The translations under genes and the position numbers were made by a program. From positions 3,264,001 through 3,328,000 of the forward strand of contig CBDCJH010000002.1 of the NCBI GenBank assembly GCA_965217775.1: a stretch of 64,000 nucleotides of DNA, read 5' to 3'. Shown here in pieces: positions 1 through 9,863 of the stretch. Each line of letters opens with the position of its first letter. Position 1 is the stretch's first letter. The notes under the pieces were generated by a model that had not been told where the DNA came from, searched no databases, and saw only the letters and a program-made list of their open reading frames with translations. The DNA comes from Acidobacteriota bacterium (GTDB lineage Bacteria; Acidobacteriota; UBA6911; RPQK01; JAJDTT01).

Positions 1-683
1 AGCTCTTCTTGAGCTGCATGGACAACGCCGGCATCGACGTGGCCTGCCTCAACTGCATCTTCCATGGAGATTCGGACCGGGGCAACGACCGGGTGGCGGA
101 ATATGTCCGCAAATGGCCCAAGCGCTTCGTGGGCGCCGCCTTCATCAGCGCCAACTACCCCGACGAAATGGTTCCCGAGCTGGAGCGCTGCTTCGGGAGC
201 CTGGGGATGAAATTCATCAAGATCTATCCCCACTACGTCCGCGTCGCCCATGACGATCCCCTCTACTTTCCCATCTACGAGTTCGCCAACGAGCGGGGCC
301 TGGCGGTCATGTCCCACGCCAAGCACTACTTCGACCCGGCTTCGGTTTCCGTCTACAAACGTTACGAGGGCCTGGTGAAGCGATTCCCCCGAATCAACTG
401 GGTGATGGCCCACGCCGGCGGCGGCACGAGTGCCGAGGCCGCGCGCACAGTGCGGGACTTTCCCACCATTTACGTGGAGACCTGCAGCTCCGGACTGCGC
501 TACGGCGGCATCGAATACGCCGTCAAGAACGGGAGGGCCGACCGGGTCCTCTTCGGCACCGACATGCCGCTGTTGGATGCCTCTCAGCAACTGGCCAAGG
601 TGATCGTCTGCCGGATCACCGACGAAGAGAAGAAGATGGTCCTGGGCGGCAACGCCATCCGGCTTCTGAACCTGAAGCTCTGA
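1..683 (+). CDS. Amidohydrolase_2 family protein, 5' end outside window
   Basis: KIYP, SH, MAHAGG and VLFGTDMP motifs plus a GGNAIRLL end; close paralog of 1534..2292; frame is open from position 3. Confidence 0.9.
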   Translation, partial: LFLSCMDNAGIDVACLNCIFHGDSDRGNDRVAEYVRKWPKRFVGAAFISANYPDEMVPELERCFGSLGMKFIKIYPHYVRVAHDDPLYFPIYEFANERGLAVMSHAKHYFDPASVSVYKRYEGLVKRFPRINWVMAHAGGGTSAEAARTVRDFPTIYVETCSSGLRYGGIEYAVKNGRADRVLFGTDMPLLDASQQLAKVIVCRITDEEKKMVLGGNAIRLLNLKL

Positions 684-742
684 GCTTCATCGATCCTCCG
701 CCAGTACCTGTCTTACTCGGCACAATCGAAAGTGGATTCCCG

Positions 743-1522
743 ATGGGCAAAGTCGACTTCAACTTCAAACCTGCGGTTCCCGTGTTCGATGCCAACGTGG
801 AGTTGGGGCGCCGGCACGACCAGCGCAACCTCAAGGACACTCCGGATCAGCTCTTCGAGGAGATGGCCCGCACCGGCGTGGACCGGGCGCTGGTCTGGCA
901 TCCGAACGGCGCCACCTACGATTCCATGGAGGGTAATCTGATCCTTCAGGAGTTGATCCACGGCGACTCGAGACTGGTTCCCCAGTTCTTCTGCAATCCG
1001 TCCTTCGACGAATTCGACGTCTTCACCCAAAGCGTCAAGGACGCGGCCGTCCGGTCCATCCGCATGGTCCCGCAGTATCAGCATTACCCCTTCCGGGAGT
1101 GGGTGGTGGGCCCCTGGCTCAATTGGATGGAGCGGGAAGGACTGGCGCTCTGGCTGCCGACAACCTACACGGTCTTCGGCAACACGACGGAGCTCGACGC
1201 TTCAGACGTGTACGACACTCTTCGGGAGCATCCCCATCTCAACATGGTCCTGAGCGAGATCGACTACCGCAACGTCTCCTGGGCGGTTCCTCTGCTCAAA
1301 AGCCTCCCGAATCTCCACATGGAGATCTCCAGACTCACCATCGCCGATCCCATCAACCGCTTCCTGGAGTTCATGGGCGACTCGCGCATCCTCTTCGGCT
1401 CCCGCTACCCCAAGTCGGCAATGGCCATCCACCTCTATGCGCTGCATCACATGGGGCTGCCCGAGTCCACCGTCCGGGCCATCTGCTCCGGCAATCTGGA
1501 ACGTCTCCTGGGAATGGGATAG
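743..1522 (+). CDS. Amidohydrolase-fold protein with degenerate metal ligands
   Basis: TIM-barrel amidohydrolase pattern (RILFGSRYP, ICSGNLERLL), but DANV replaces the DxHxH motif. Confidence 0.8.
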   Translation: MGKVDFNFKPAVPVFDANVELGRRHDQRNLKDTPDQLFEEMARTGVDRALVWHPNGATYDSMEGNLILQELIHGDSRLVPQFFCNPSFDEFDVFTQSVKDAAVRSIRMVPQYQHYPFREWVVGPWLNWMEREGLALWLPTTYTVFGNTTELDASDVYDTLREHPHLNMVLSEIDYRNVSWAVPLLKSLPNLHMEISRLTIADPINRFLEFMGDSRILFGSRYPKSAMAIHLYALHHMGLPESTVRAICSGNLERLLGMG

Positions 1523-1533
1523 AGATCGAAAAA

Positions 1534-2292
1534 ATGCAGGATGTCCCCGTCGTCGATTTTCACGCACACCTGGGAAACTGGGGCCGCTTCGGAATGCTGG
1601 ACACACCCGAACTCTTCTTGAGTTGCATGGACAACGCCGGCATCGACGTCGCCTGCCTCAACTGCATCTTCCACGGAGATTCGGACCGAGGCAACGACCG
1701 GGTGGCCGAATACGTCCGCAAGTGGCCCAAACGCTTTGTGGGCGCCGCCTTCGTCAGCGCCAACTACCCGGAAGAGATGGTTCCCGAACTGGAACGCTGC
1801 TTCGGGACCCTGGGGATGAAGTTCATCAAGATCTATCCCCACTACGTCGGCGTCGCTCATGACGACCCCCTCTACTTTCCCATCTACGAGTTCGCCAACG
1901 AGCGGGGCTTGGCGATCATGTCCCACGCCACGCACAACTTCGACCCGCCTTCGGTTTCCGTCTACAAGCGGTACGAGGGACTGGTGAAGCGTTTCCCCAA
2001 GATCAACTGGGTGATGGCCCACGCCGGAGGCGGGAAGAGCGGAGAAATCATGCGCGCCGTGAGGGACTTCCCCACCATCTACGTGGAGACCTGCGGCTCC
2101 CGCCTGCGCAACGGTAGTGTCGAATACGCCGTCAAGCACGGACGGGCCGATCGGGTCCTCTTCGGCACCGACATGCCCCTGTTTGACGCCTCTCAGCAAC
2201 TGGCCAAGGTGATGGTCTGCCAGATCGCCGACGATGAGAAGAAGCTGGTCCTGGGCGGCAACGCCATCCGGCTGCTGAATTTGAAGCTGTGA
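1534..2292 (+). CDS. Amidohydrolase_2 family protein
   Basis: ATG at 1534 (MQDVPVVDFHAH); HxH, MAHAGG and FGTDMP motifs. Confidence 0.9.
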   Translation: MQDVPVVDFHAHLGNWGRFGMLDTPELFLSCMDNAGIDVACLNCIFHGDSDRGNDRVAEYVRKWPKRFVGAAFVSANYPEEMVPELERCFGTLGMKFIKIYPHYVGVAHDDPLYFPIYEFANERGLAIMSHATHNFDPPSVSVYKRYEGLVKRFPKINWVMAHAGGGKSGEIMRAVRDFPTIYVETCGSRLRNGSVEYAVKHGRADRVLFGTDMPLFDASQQLAKVMVCQIADDEKKLVLGGNAIRLLNLKL

Positions 2293-2311
2293 CATCCGCC
2301 GGACCGAGATT

Positions 2312-2539
2312 TTGGCCACCACGTCCGTGATCCTGGCACGGGAAAACTCAACAATGTGTTCCAAGAGTGCCCACCCATCCAAACAGTCGCGTGAACTGGA
2401 ACTCGCTGGCATCGAAGCCGCTCTGATCAGAGCAGGAGAACGAGCCCGGCGCAGGCGTGCACGTGTAGAAGCAGCGCGCCGCGTCGCCGAGTCCGATGAG
2501 AGCGGAACCAAACCGAAGCAGACGGCGGACGAAACGTAG
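2312..2539 (+). CDS. Small hypothetical protein (start uncertain)
   Basis: 75-aa ORF with a helical IEAALIRAGERARRR stretch; no family recognised. Confidence 0.3.
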   Translation: MATTSVILARENSTMCSKSAHPSKQSRELELAGIEAALIRAGERARRRRARVEAARRVAESDESGTKPKQTADET

Positions 2540-2653
2540 AACTCTGCCTTGAATCGAATCGGGTACGGCGAAAAACCGGTTCGGCAGTGGAGACTGCGGA
2601 TGCGGGAAAACCCAGACCCTTGATCCCAGTCGGGCGAGGCCGAAGTCAGTCCG

Positions 2654-4153
2654 CTATGCCCCGTCCTCTCCCGTATGGATCTGCTGCATGAGTCCGTCGA
2701 TCTCCTTCGGAGGCGCGGGAGTCAGGTGGGAGACCACGATGATGGTCAGGAAAGCCACCGGAGCCCCGATCAATGCGGACGAAGTGGCCGGAATCCACGA
2801 AGCCAACGCCGTGTCGCCCCAGAACAGGGCGCCGATGGAGATCAGCCCCCCCACCAGCATGCCGGCGATGCCCCCCTCGCGGGTGGTGCGGCTCCACCAG
2901 ATGCCCAGGACGAATACGGGAAAGATGGTGCAGCCGGCGATGGCGAAGGCCATGGCCACGATCTGTCCGATGAGGGCGGGCGGTTCCAGGGCCACCACCA
3001 TGATGGCGAAACCCAGGACCACGGCGCCCAGGCGCGCCACGACGACGCGCTCCTTGTTGGAGGCGGTGGGCTTGAAAAGTCCGAAATAGAGGTCGTGCGC
3101 AAAGGCCGCCGAAGCGGCCATCAACAGTCCCGCCACTGTGCTGAAGGCGGCGGACACGGCTCCCGCGGCCAGGAGGCCGGTGAACCATTCGGGAAGTCCC
3201 GCGTTCTCGGCGGCGTTGATGATGATCACATCGGCCACTTCCCTGCCCCCGTCCGGATTGAGGATCCTGCCGAAGGCGGAGAACGCGGGCGAACTCCAAT
3301 AGAGGATGCCGATGAAGAAGAGTCCCCAGACCACCGACTTGCGGGCGTCGCGGGCGTTGGGGACCAGGTAGAAGCGCTGGATGACGTGGGGCAACCCCGC
3401 CGTTCCGACCATGAGCGTGAAACAAAGGGCGATCCACTGATAGATCCCTTCATCCCCCCAGGGAAGAACGAACTGCGGCTGGGTCTCCTGGAGCTGGGCC
3501 ACGGCCTCCCCGTATCCCAACTGGGGAACCACGTAGAAGAACCCCAGCTTCTTGGCGATGAAGAAGAGCGGCAGCAGGAATGCCGTGATGAGGACGATGT
3601 ACTGCACCTGCTGGTTGCGGACCACGCCCATCATTCCCGAGAGCAGCACGTAGGAGACGACCACGATGGTCCCGGTGATGATGGACAGCTTGTAGTCCAT
3701 GCCGAAGATCCACTTGAACATCTCACCGATGCCCTTGTACTGGCCCACGGCATAGACGAAGGAGATGACCAGCGTAATGATGGCGGCCAGGAAACGGGCC
3801 GTCTTGGAGTAGTACCGGTCGCCGATGAAGTCGGGGGCGGTGAACTTGCCGTAGTTGCGGATCTGGGCCGCCATCAGGACCAGCAGCAGGACGTACCCGC
3901 CGGTCCAGCCCAGAACGTAGGCCAATCCGAAATATCCCTGCAGGTAGAGGAGCCCCGCCATCCCCAGAAAGCTGGCGGCGCTCATCCAGTTGCTGGCGAT
4001 GGCCATCCCCGAGGAGACGGGGCCGATCCTGCGGCCGGCCACCCAGTACTCCTCCAGGTTGCGGACCCGCGTCACGATCCCCACCACCACGAACAGGAGC
4101 AGAGTCCCCGCCAGGATCAGGGCGGGTCCGGTTCTCACCCCGATTTCTTCCAC
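2654..4153 (-). CDS. actP: Sodium:solute symporter, ActP-like cation/acetate symporter
   Basis: GMAIASNWMSAASFLG, GKFTAPDFIGDRY and GTAGLPHVIQRFY motifs; GTG start at 4153 (4138 also possible). Confidence 0.85.
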   Translation of the reverse strand: MEEIGVRTGPALILAGTLLLFVVVGIVTRVRNLEEYWVAGRRIGPVSSGMAIASNWMSAASFLGMAGLLYLQGYFGLAYVLGWTGGYVLLLVLMAAQIRNYGKFTAPDFIGDRYYSKTARFLAAIITLVISFVYAVGQYKGIGEMFKWIFGMDYKLSIITGTIVVVSYVLLSGMMGVVRNQQVQYIVLITAFLLPLFFIAKKLGFFYVVPQLGYGEAVAQLQETQPQFVLPWGDEGIYQWIALCFTLMVGTAGLPHVIQRFYLVPNARDARKSVVWGLFFIGILYWSSPAFSAFGRILNPDGGREVADVIIINAAENAGLPEWFTGLLAAGAVSAAFSTVAGLLMAASAAFAHDLYFGLFKPTASNKERVVVARLGAVVLGFAIMVVALEPPALIGQIVAMAFAIAGCTIFPVFVLGIWWSRTTREGGIAGMLVGGLISIGALFWGDTALASWIPATSSALIGAPVAFLTIIVVSHLTPAPPKEIDGLMQQIHTGEDGA

Positions 4154-4154
4154 T

Positions 4155-4460
4155 CTATTCCTGCCCCCCGCGGGCGTCCTTGCCGGAATCGACCAGCCGA
4201 TCGAAGAGCCGGTTGAACCAGATGCAAAGGAGCAGGAAGCCAATGATGGAAAACTGGCCGGTGAACCAGTAGTGGAAGGGGAAACCCAGGAACCGGGCGT
4301 CGGTGAGGAAGCTGGACCCCATGGGATCCCGCTGGACCAGAAACAGGAGGATCTGGAATCCGAAGACCATCACTGCCCAGAGGCCGACGATCAGAAAGAT
4401 GATCCGGCGCACTGCCTTGAAATAGCGGCCGCTGGGACGGACAAGGTTGACTTCCGACAT
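4155..4460 (-). CDS. DUF4212 symporter small subunit
   Basis: Two TM helices with FLGFPFHYWFTGQ motif, directly upstream of the symporter. Confidence 0.8.
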   Translation of the reverse strand: MSEVNLVRPSGRYFKAVRRIIFLIVGLWAVMVFGFQILLFLVQRDPMGSSFLTDARFLGFPFHYWFTGQFSIIGFLLLCIWFNRLFDRLVDSGKDARGGQE

Positions 4461-4653
4461 GGGCGTTTCCCTAAGGGCGCCGCACTATACAGGATGGTCA
4501 CCCGACGGTCAACGAACCGGGAAGTCCGGAAACCCTGGCTCTCTCTTTCTTCTTTTTCCCTTTTCTCTTTCCTCCTTTCCGGTGGTAAATTGATTCGCCG
4601 GATGTTGCTTACCTTTGTCCCAGGCATTTCGAAACTGGAAGCCCCATTCTAGC

Positions 4654-6381
4654 ATGCGCTTCCCATGGAGTGATCTGGCAGACGTCTTCGGCGCGGGGGA
4701 ACTCCGCCAGAACATCCTGGCGCTCCTTCGCTACATTGTCTTTCTCGGCGTCGTCATCCTTCTGTACGCTGTCCTCTTCCAAGTGATCATGGTTCACGTG
4801 GAAGGCCAATCCCATTCCTGGATCACGGCCGTCTACTGGGTGTTGATCACCATGAGCACTCTCGGTTTCGGCGACGTGGTCTTTGCCTCGGATGTGGGAC
4901 GGCTCTTCAGCGTCTTCGTGCTGATCTCGGGGGTGGTGCTGATGTTGGTGGTGTTGCCCTTCACCTTCATCCGTTTCTTCTACGCACCCTGGCTGGAGGC
5001 CCAAGTCCGGCTCCGGGCTCCCCGGCGGGTCCCGCTGAACGTCCGGGATCACGTCATCATCTGCCGCCACGATGAGATTGCGGCCGGGATCAGCGAACAG
5101 CTTCGGCTCCGAGGGATTCCATGCTACATCATCGAGCCGGATCCCGAAAAAGCCGCCCGGCTCCTGCACGAAGGGGCTTCCGTCGTCACTGGTGATCTGG
5201 ACAGCAAGGCGACCTACGCCGGGTTGCAGGCGCAACAGGCTCGCCTGCTCCTCGCCAACTGTGAGGACACGACGAACACCAACATCACCTTGACCGTCCG
5301 CGAAATGTGTAGCGACCTGCCCATTGTCGGCATCGTCGAGCACCCCGACTCCACCGACATCCTGGAACTGAGCGGATGCAATCACGTCCTGCCGTTGAAA
5401 GTGCGTCTGGGCGAGGCTCTGGCCAACCGGGTCAGCGCCGGTCTTGGGGAGTTGGACGTCATCGGAAGTTTTGCAGGCCTGCAGATCGCCGAGTTCTCAG
5501 CCCGGGATACTCCACTGGCCGGATTCGAGACGCGCGAGACCCAGCTTCGAGAACGGACCGGGCTGAACATCGTCGGCGTCTGGGATCACGGCCACCTGAT
5601 TCCCGCTTTCCCGCAGACTCCCATCACCCACAACAGCATCGTGGTGGTCGTGGGCTCGCCGGGACAGTTGTCCACACTCGCCCGAATGCTGCCGGGTCAC
5701 CAGCCCCATTCCGGTGCGCCTGGTCTCATCATCGGAACTGGAACCGTGGGCGCCGCCGCCACCCGCATCCTCAAGCGAAAAGGCCTTCGCGTTCATGCCC
5801 TGGATCGGGACCCCCATGCCGCGGAACAGGTGCGAGGCATTGCCGATGATGTCTTTATCGGGGACGCCAACGACCGCGAAGTCCTGGAGCGCGCCGGACT
5901 GGACGAGATCTCCTCCGTGCTTCTGAGCACCGCCGACGACGCCATGAACGTCTACTTGGCCGTGTACTTGCGACGGCTCAAACCGGAGCTCCGCATCGTG
6001 AGCCGGATCACCCATGACCGGAACCTGGAAGCCATCCATCGCGCCGGGGCCGACTTCGTGCTGAGCTACTCCTCGCTGGGAATGGAAGCCGTGGTGTCGC
6101 TCATCGAAGGGCATGAACTCGTGATGCTGGGAGAAGGGGTCGATCTGTTCTCGGTGCCGTTGCCGCCGTCCCTGGAGAACAAACTTCTGTCCGAGAGCCG
6201 AATCGGATCTCTCACCGGCCTGAGCGTGGTTGCGATACAGCAGAACGGCGAAACCGTGACCAAGTTGCGGTCCGAGATGAAGCTCCAGCCTGGAGCGCAA
6301 CTGGTCATGCTCGGCGATGCCGAGCAGCGAACCCTGTTCAGTAAGGCCTTCGGCGGCCAGTACTCCAGTAGTCCCTGGTGA
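4654..6381 (+). CDS. Potassium channel / TrkA (RCK-N, RCK-C) family protein
   Basis: TMSTLGFGD selectivity filter; two RCK modules (IIGTGTVG NAD-binding; TGLNIVGV and TGLSVVAI TrkA-C). Confidence 0.9.
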   Translation: MRFPWSDLADVFGAGELRQNILALLRYIVFLGVVILLYAVLFQVIMVHVEGQSHSWITAVYWVLITMSTLGFGDVVFASDVGRLFSVFVLISGVVLMLVVLPFTFIRFFYAPWLEAQVRLRAPRRVPLNVRDHVIICRHDEIAAGISEQLRLRGIPCYIIEPDPEKAARLLHEGASVVTGDLDSKATYAGLQAQQARLLLANCEDTTNTNITLTVREMCSDLPIVGIVEHPDSTDILELSGCNHVLPLKVRLGEALANRVSAGLGELDVIGSFAGLQIAEFSARDTPLAGFETRETQLRERTGLNIVGVWDHGHLIPAFPQTPITHNSIVVVVGSPGQLSTLARMLPGHQPHSGAPGLIIGTGTVGAAATRILKRKGLRVHALDRDPHAAEQVRGIADDVFIGDANDREVLERAGLDEISSVLLSTADDAMNVYLAVYLRRLKPELRIVSRITHDRNLEAIHRAGADFVLSYSSLGMEAVVSLIEGHELVMLGEGVDLFSVPLPPSLENKLLSESRIGSLTGLSVVAIQQNGETVTKLRSEMKLQPGAQLVMLGDAEQRTLFSKAFGGQYSSSPW

Positions 6382-6463
6382 ACACCTTCACTGAGCCGTA
6401 GCCGGCGATGCTCCGGTCAGCCACGCCTGAAAATTTCATTGCAACTCTGTTGGGACGACTCAG

Positions 6464-6625
6464 CAGTCCGTGGTGAAAGTCCCGCGAGCACCGAGACCGT
6501 TCCTGCGCCCGCCGGACAAGGCGCAACGGAGGGAGCATACCGGGAGTATGTGACCGAGTCGCAACGCACAGCACCGGCAGGACGCAGGGACGGTCGAATG
6601 CCGTGACGACTTTTGCCACTGGCTG
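6464..6625. mobile_element. MITE-like element family A, complete copy
   Basis: Imperfect 18-bp terminal IR (CAGTCCGTGGTGAAAGTC / GACTTTTGCCACTGGCTG), flanked by TCAG on both sides; near-identical copy starts at 63905. Confidence 0.75.
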
Positions 6626-6742
6626 TCAGGTGATCGCCCTTCCTTGGCTTCCGCCCGAGGGCAGCGCTGGACGCAGGCACATATCCTTTTCTTCCGCAGG
6701 ACCCGCCAGTCTACGGCGTACTGTTCTCGGAAACGGCTACAT

Positions 6743-7087
6743 CTACTGAGTCCGCCTGAATCCTTGTTGATAACTTATTTTCACGAGTGAACGTGGCACG
6801 AGTTGCTCCAGGCAATTCAGCACGTTGGTCATCAATGGTCGAAGTATCCCGTAAGTGTTTCTGGGCGCGACCAAAACAATGACAGCCAAAGGTAATGCAC
6901 TCAGGTTCTGCTGATATTCCAGATTCTGATCGGCGGTCAGAAATACGTCGAAACTACCGGCAGCAGCACGCAGGAGCGTCCCGTTATCCAAGCCGGACCA
7001 ACCGCATTCAGTCACTGTTGAGACTGTGTACCCCGAAAGCTCGTTCCTCAATCTCCGTGGCAACGACTCATCAAGCAGGATGCGCAT
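6743..7087 (-). CDS. DUF5615 family PIN-like toxin
   Basis: MRILLDESLP start, FLTADQNL motif; overlaps DUF433 partner. Confidence 0.85.
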   Translation of the reverse strand: MRILLDESLPRRLRNELSGYTVSTVTECGWSGLDNGTLLRAAAGSFDVFLTADQNLEYQQNLSALPLAVIVLVAPRNTYGILRPLMTNVLNCLEQLVPRSLVKISYQQGFRRTQ

Positions 7088-7307
7088 TCGCGTTGAGCGC
7101 CGCTCGTGCTATTTCCAGTGCGGCGATCGCTCGGGCGCGATCAACTGCAGGAAAATCCAGCAGGAATCGGTCGAGCGTCTCACCAGTTTCCAAGTAGTCA
7201 AAGAGGTTTTTCACAGGAACACGAGTCCCCGCGAACACCGGCACACCACCCTGAATCTCAGGATCCGTGTGGACAGCTTGCTCTCCCATCGTTTTCTCCT
7301 TTGGCAT
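7071..7307 (-). CDS. DUF433 family antitoxin
   Basis: DPEIQGGVPVFAGTRVPV signature. Confidence 0.9.
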   Translation of the reverse strand: MPKEKTMGEQAVHTDPEIQGGVPVFAGTRVPVKNLFDYLETGETLDRFLLDFPAVDRARAIAALEIARAALNANAHPA

Positions 7308-7515
7308 GTCACCCGTTCACACCAAGCGGATGTCCGGCGTCGGAAGCCGGACTATTGTCGCACAATCTCCTCTGATTCCGCTGTCACTGGGTAAGGAGCC
7401 AACCACGAACTCACGTCCATGTGGTCACCGGTCCGAGACCGACGATTGCTGCGCAAGTCTGATGGTGGCAACTCCAACTCCTGCAAGAGTTGAAGAACCA
7501 GCGTAAGTCCCTGAC

Positions 7516-8364
7516 TCATTGAACGCCGTCCACAGGCAGCCGGGTCCAGGCCATGACGGTCATAGGCAGGACGATGGGGGCTTTCGTCGCGACCACGTCT
7601 GCCCGCAGCCGTTCCGGGATTGTCGGCACGTCCGCCTCTTCGGCGGTGGCGATTCCGAAATGCTCCAAGAGGGGAAGCACACTCTGCACGCTGTCGGCAA
7701 CGTATTGGTATCCTGGCCATCCCGGCCACCCGCCCGCCAGCGCCGTGTATTCCAGGTGAGGTTCCGGCAGACCGGCATCGATATAGGTGCGGTACAGGCG
7801 GTAAGCCAGATCGGCATGGGCGCCCGACTGGTTGAAGACCCCAACCGTCCAATCCACCAGCTTGTCCGCCAAAGGGGTGTCCAGAACATGGGGCAGGCGA
7901 TTGGGGTTGAAGCTGATCTCGTGGAACGCCACGATGCCTCCCGGGCGGACTCGCGTGGCGAGATTCTTGAGGGATTCGGTTGGATCGGGCAGATACATGA
8001 GCACGAACCGGCCGATCAAGGCGTCGAAGTCGTTCCCCAGATCCAGGGTCCGCGCGTCCCCGGCCACGAACTCGACGTTGTTATTACCGGCTTGCGCGAC
8101 TCGAGCCCGAGCCGTCTCCAGGATCTCCGCGTTGACGTCGACGCCCACGACCCGGCCCTCCGGACCCACCAGTTCGGCCGCGGCCATGGACACGTCTCCC
8201 GCGCCACTGCCGATATCCAGGACTCTCATCCCGTTAATCAGGCCCGCCTCCGTGAGCATGCGCCGGGTCATGCCCGAATAGAGTTTCGATTGACGGATCA
8301 AGCGGTCCGTCTCGGCCTGGGTGCGGCCCATGGTGTAGGCGGCGTCTTCTTTTCGGTTGCTCAT
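7516..8364 (-). CDS. Class I SAM-dependent methyltransferase
   Basis: VLDIGSGAGD motif I, VVGVD, LRPGG-like VRPGG; ATG at 8364 (MSNRKEDAAY). Confidence 0.9.
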   Translation of the reverse strand: MSNRKEDAAYTMGRTQAETDRLIRQSKLYSGMTRRMLTEAGLINGMRVLDIGSGAGDVSMAAAELVGPEGRVVGVDVNAEILETARARVAQAGNNNVEFVAGDARTLDLGNDFDALIGRFVLMYLPDPTESLKNLATRVRPGGIVAFHEISFNPNRLPHVLDTPLADKLVDWTVGVFNQSGAHADLAYRLYRTYIDAGLPEPHLEYTALAGGWPGWPGYQYVADSVQSVLPLLEHFGIATAEEADVPTIPERLRADVVATKAPIVLPMTVMAWTRLPVDGVQ

Positions 8365-8468
8365 ATCGCTCCCAGTGGGTGGTGTGGATCTCGTTGGTAA
8401 AGGTGACGCGGTAACGAGCGTTTCAGGCGGCTGTCCATGCTGCCGCAAGGAGATAACGGCGGGTCCAC

Positions 8469-9812
8469 CTAGATCAGCTCGGGGAGAGGTTCTCCCGTGA
8501 GGTCGTCGAGGGCGTTGGCGATCTTGAGAGGGCGTCCGACGGGCGTCATGTATTCCTTGTGCCAGTCGATCCCCAGGGCCTTGTAGACGGTGGCGAAGAT
8601 GTCGCCGATGCTGACCTCGCGGTCCACGATGAACGCCCCGCGGTCGTCGCTCCGGCCCACGACCGTGCCGGTCTGCAGGCCACCGCCACCCAGGGCGATG
8701 GACCAGCACTGAGGCCAATGGTCCCGGCCCAAGCCGGGATTGAGGTGGGGAGTCCGCCCGAACTCTCCCATCACCAGCACCACGGTCGAATCGTAGAGGC
8801 CGCGCTCGCTCAGGTCGTCGATGAGAGCGGAAAGGGATCGGTCCAACGGCGGCGTCAGGCGGTCCCGGTGCCCCTCGTCGTTCTTGCTGTGGGTATCCCA
8901 GGAATTGCCATGGAAACCGGCTGCGGTGACGAACCGGCTGCCCGACTCCACCAGACGCCGGGCCAGCAGCATGCTCTGGCCCACCGAATCGCGGCCATAG
9001 GCTTCCCGCGTCTTTTCCGACTCCTTGGAGAGGTCGAAGGCATCACGCACCTGAGGCGCCAGGATCATCTGCCACGCCTTGTCCATGAAGGCGTCCATGC
9101 TGGCGTGCTTCAGACTCTCCACCCGCTTCCGGTAGATCCGGTCCACCGAGTCCAGGAACAGGCGGCGGTTCTCCAACACGGTCGGACTCAGCGACTTGGG
9201 CAGGGTCAGGTTCGGAACCTGGAAATCCTCTTTCGCCGGGTCCGGGATGGTCATGGGCATGTAATCCGGGCCCAGGAACGCGGAACGGAAGAAATCCTGG
9301 TACTGGCGGTTGCGCTCCCAGCGCGGGACGATGACGTAGGGAGGCAGTCCATTGGACGGTCCCATCTCCTTGGCCACGATGGACCCCAGGCTGGGAAACT
9401 CCATGGCCGGATTGTGGCGGTGGCCGGTGATGGAGTAGTGGACCGCCTGGGGATGGTCGTTGCCGAAAGACTTGATGGAACGGACCAGCGCCAGCTTGTC
9501 CATCCTCTGGGCCAGCCGGGGCAGCAGCTCCGAGATTTGGATGCCGTCGACGTTGGTGGCAATGGGGCGGAAGGAACTGTTGGTCTTGGGGTCCCAGGTG
9601 TCGATCTGGCTGGGACCTCCCTCCAGCCACACCAGAATGCAGGCCTTGGCCTTCGCTTCCGGCAGATCCGCGCCGGCTGTTTTGAGAGCCGCCTCGAGCC
9701 GCAGGAACTGGGTCAGATGGGCGCCCAGAAACCCCAGCGAGCCGACCCGGATGAAGTCACGCCGGGTCCAGTAACCGCGGGGTCTTCTGAGGCATCCAAC
9801 CTGTTTCAACAT
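8469..9812 (-). CDS. DUF1501 domain protein
   Basis: TRRDFIRVG twin-Arg-like N-terminus; WLEGGPSQIDTWDPK, WDTH, MGEFGRTP and GRDHW motifs. Confidence 0.92.
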   Translation of the reverse strand: MLKQVGCLRRPRGYWTRRDFIRVGSLGFLGAHLTQFLRLEAALKTAGADLPEAKAKACILVWLEGGPSQIDTWDPKTNSSFRPIATNVDGIQISELLPRLAQRMDKLALVRSIKSFGNDHPQAVHYSITGHRHNPAMEFPSLGSIVAKEMGPSNGLPPYVIVPRWERNRQYQDFFRSAFLGPDYMPMTIPDPAKEDFQVPNLTLPKSLSPTVLENRRLFLDSVDRIYRKRVESLKHASMDAFMDKAWQMILAPQVRDAFDLSKESEKTREAYGRDSVGQSMLLARRLVESGSRFVTAAGFHGNSWDTHSKNDEGHRDRLTPPLDRSLSALIDDLSERGLYDSTVVLVMGEFGRTPHLNPGLGRDHWPQCWSIALGGGGLQTGTVVGRSDDRGAFIVDREVSIGDIFATVYKALGIDWHKEYMTPVGRPLKIANALDDLTGEPLPELI

Positions 9813-9863
9813 GGAAGTACCTTTGCCGCCACTTTACACCTTACCTCCCGATTCTCGCAATTC

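Noticed and set aside
4538-4580. Pyrimidine-rich tract between the symporter and K+ channel genes
   Set aside because: Low-complexity promoter-region DNA with no periodic repeat or structure
6417-6680. 87-aa ORF across the MITE, and ORF 15303..15767 across the second MITE
   Set aside because: They overlap non-coding inverted-repeat elements; no protein features
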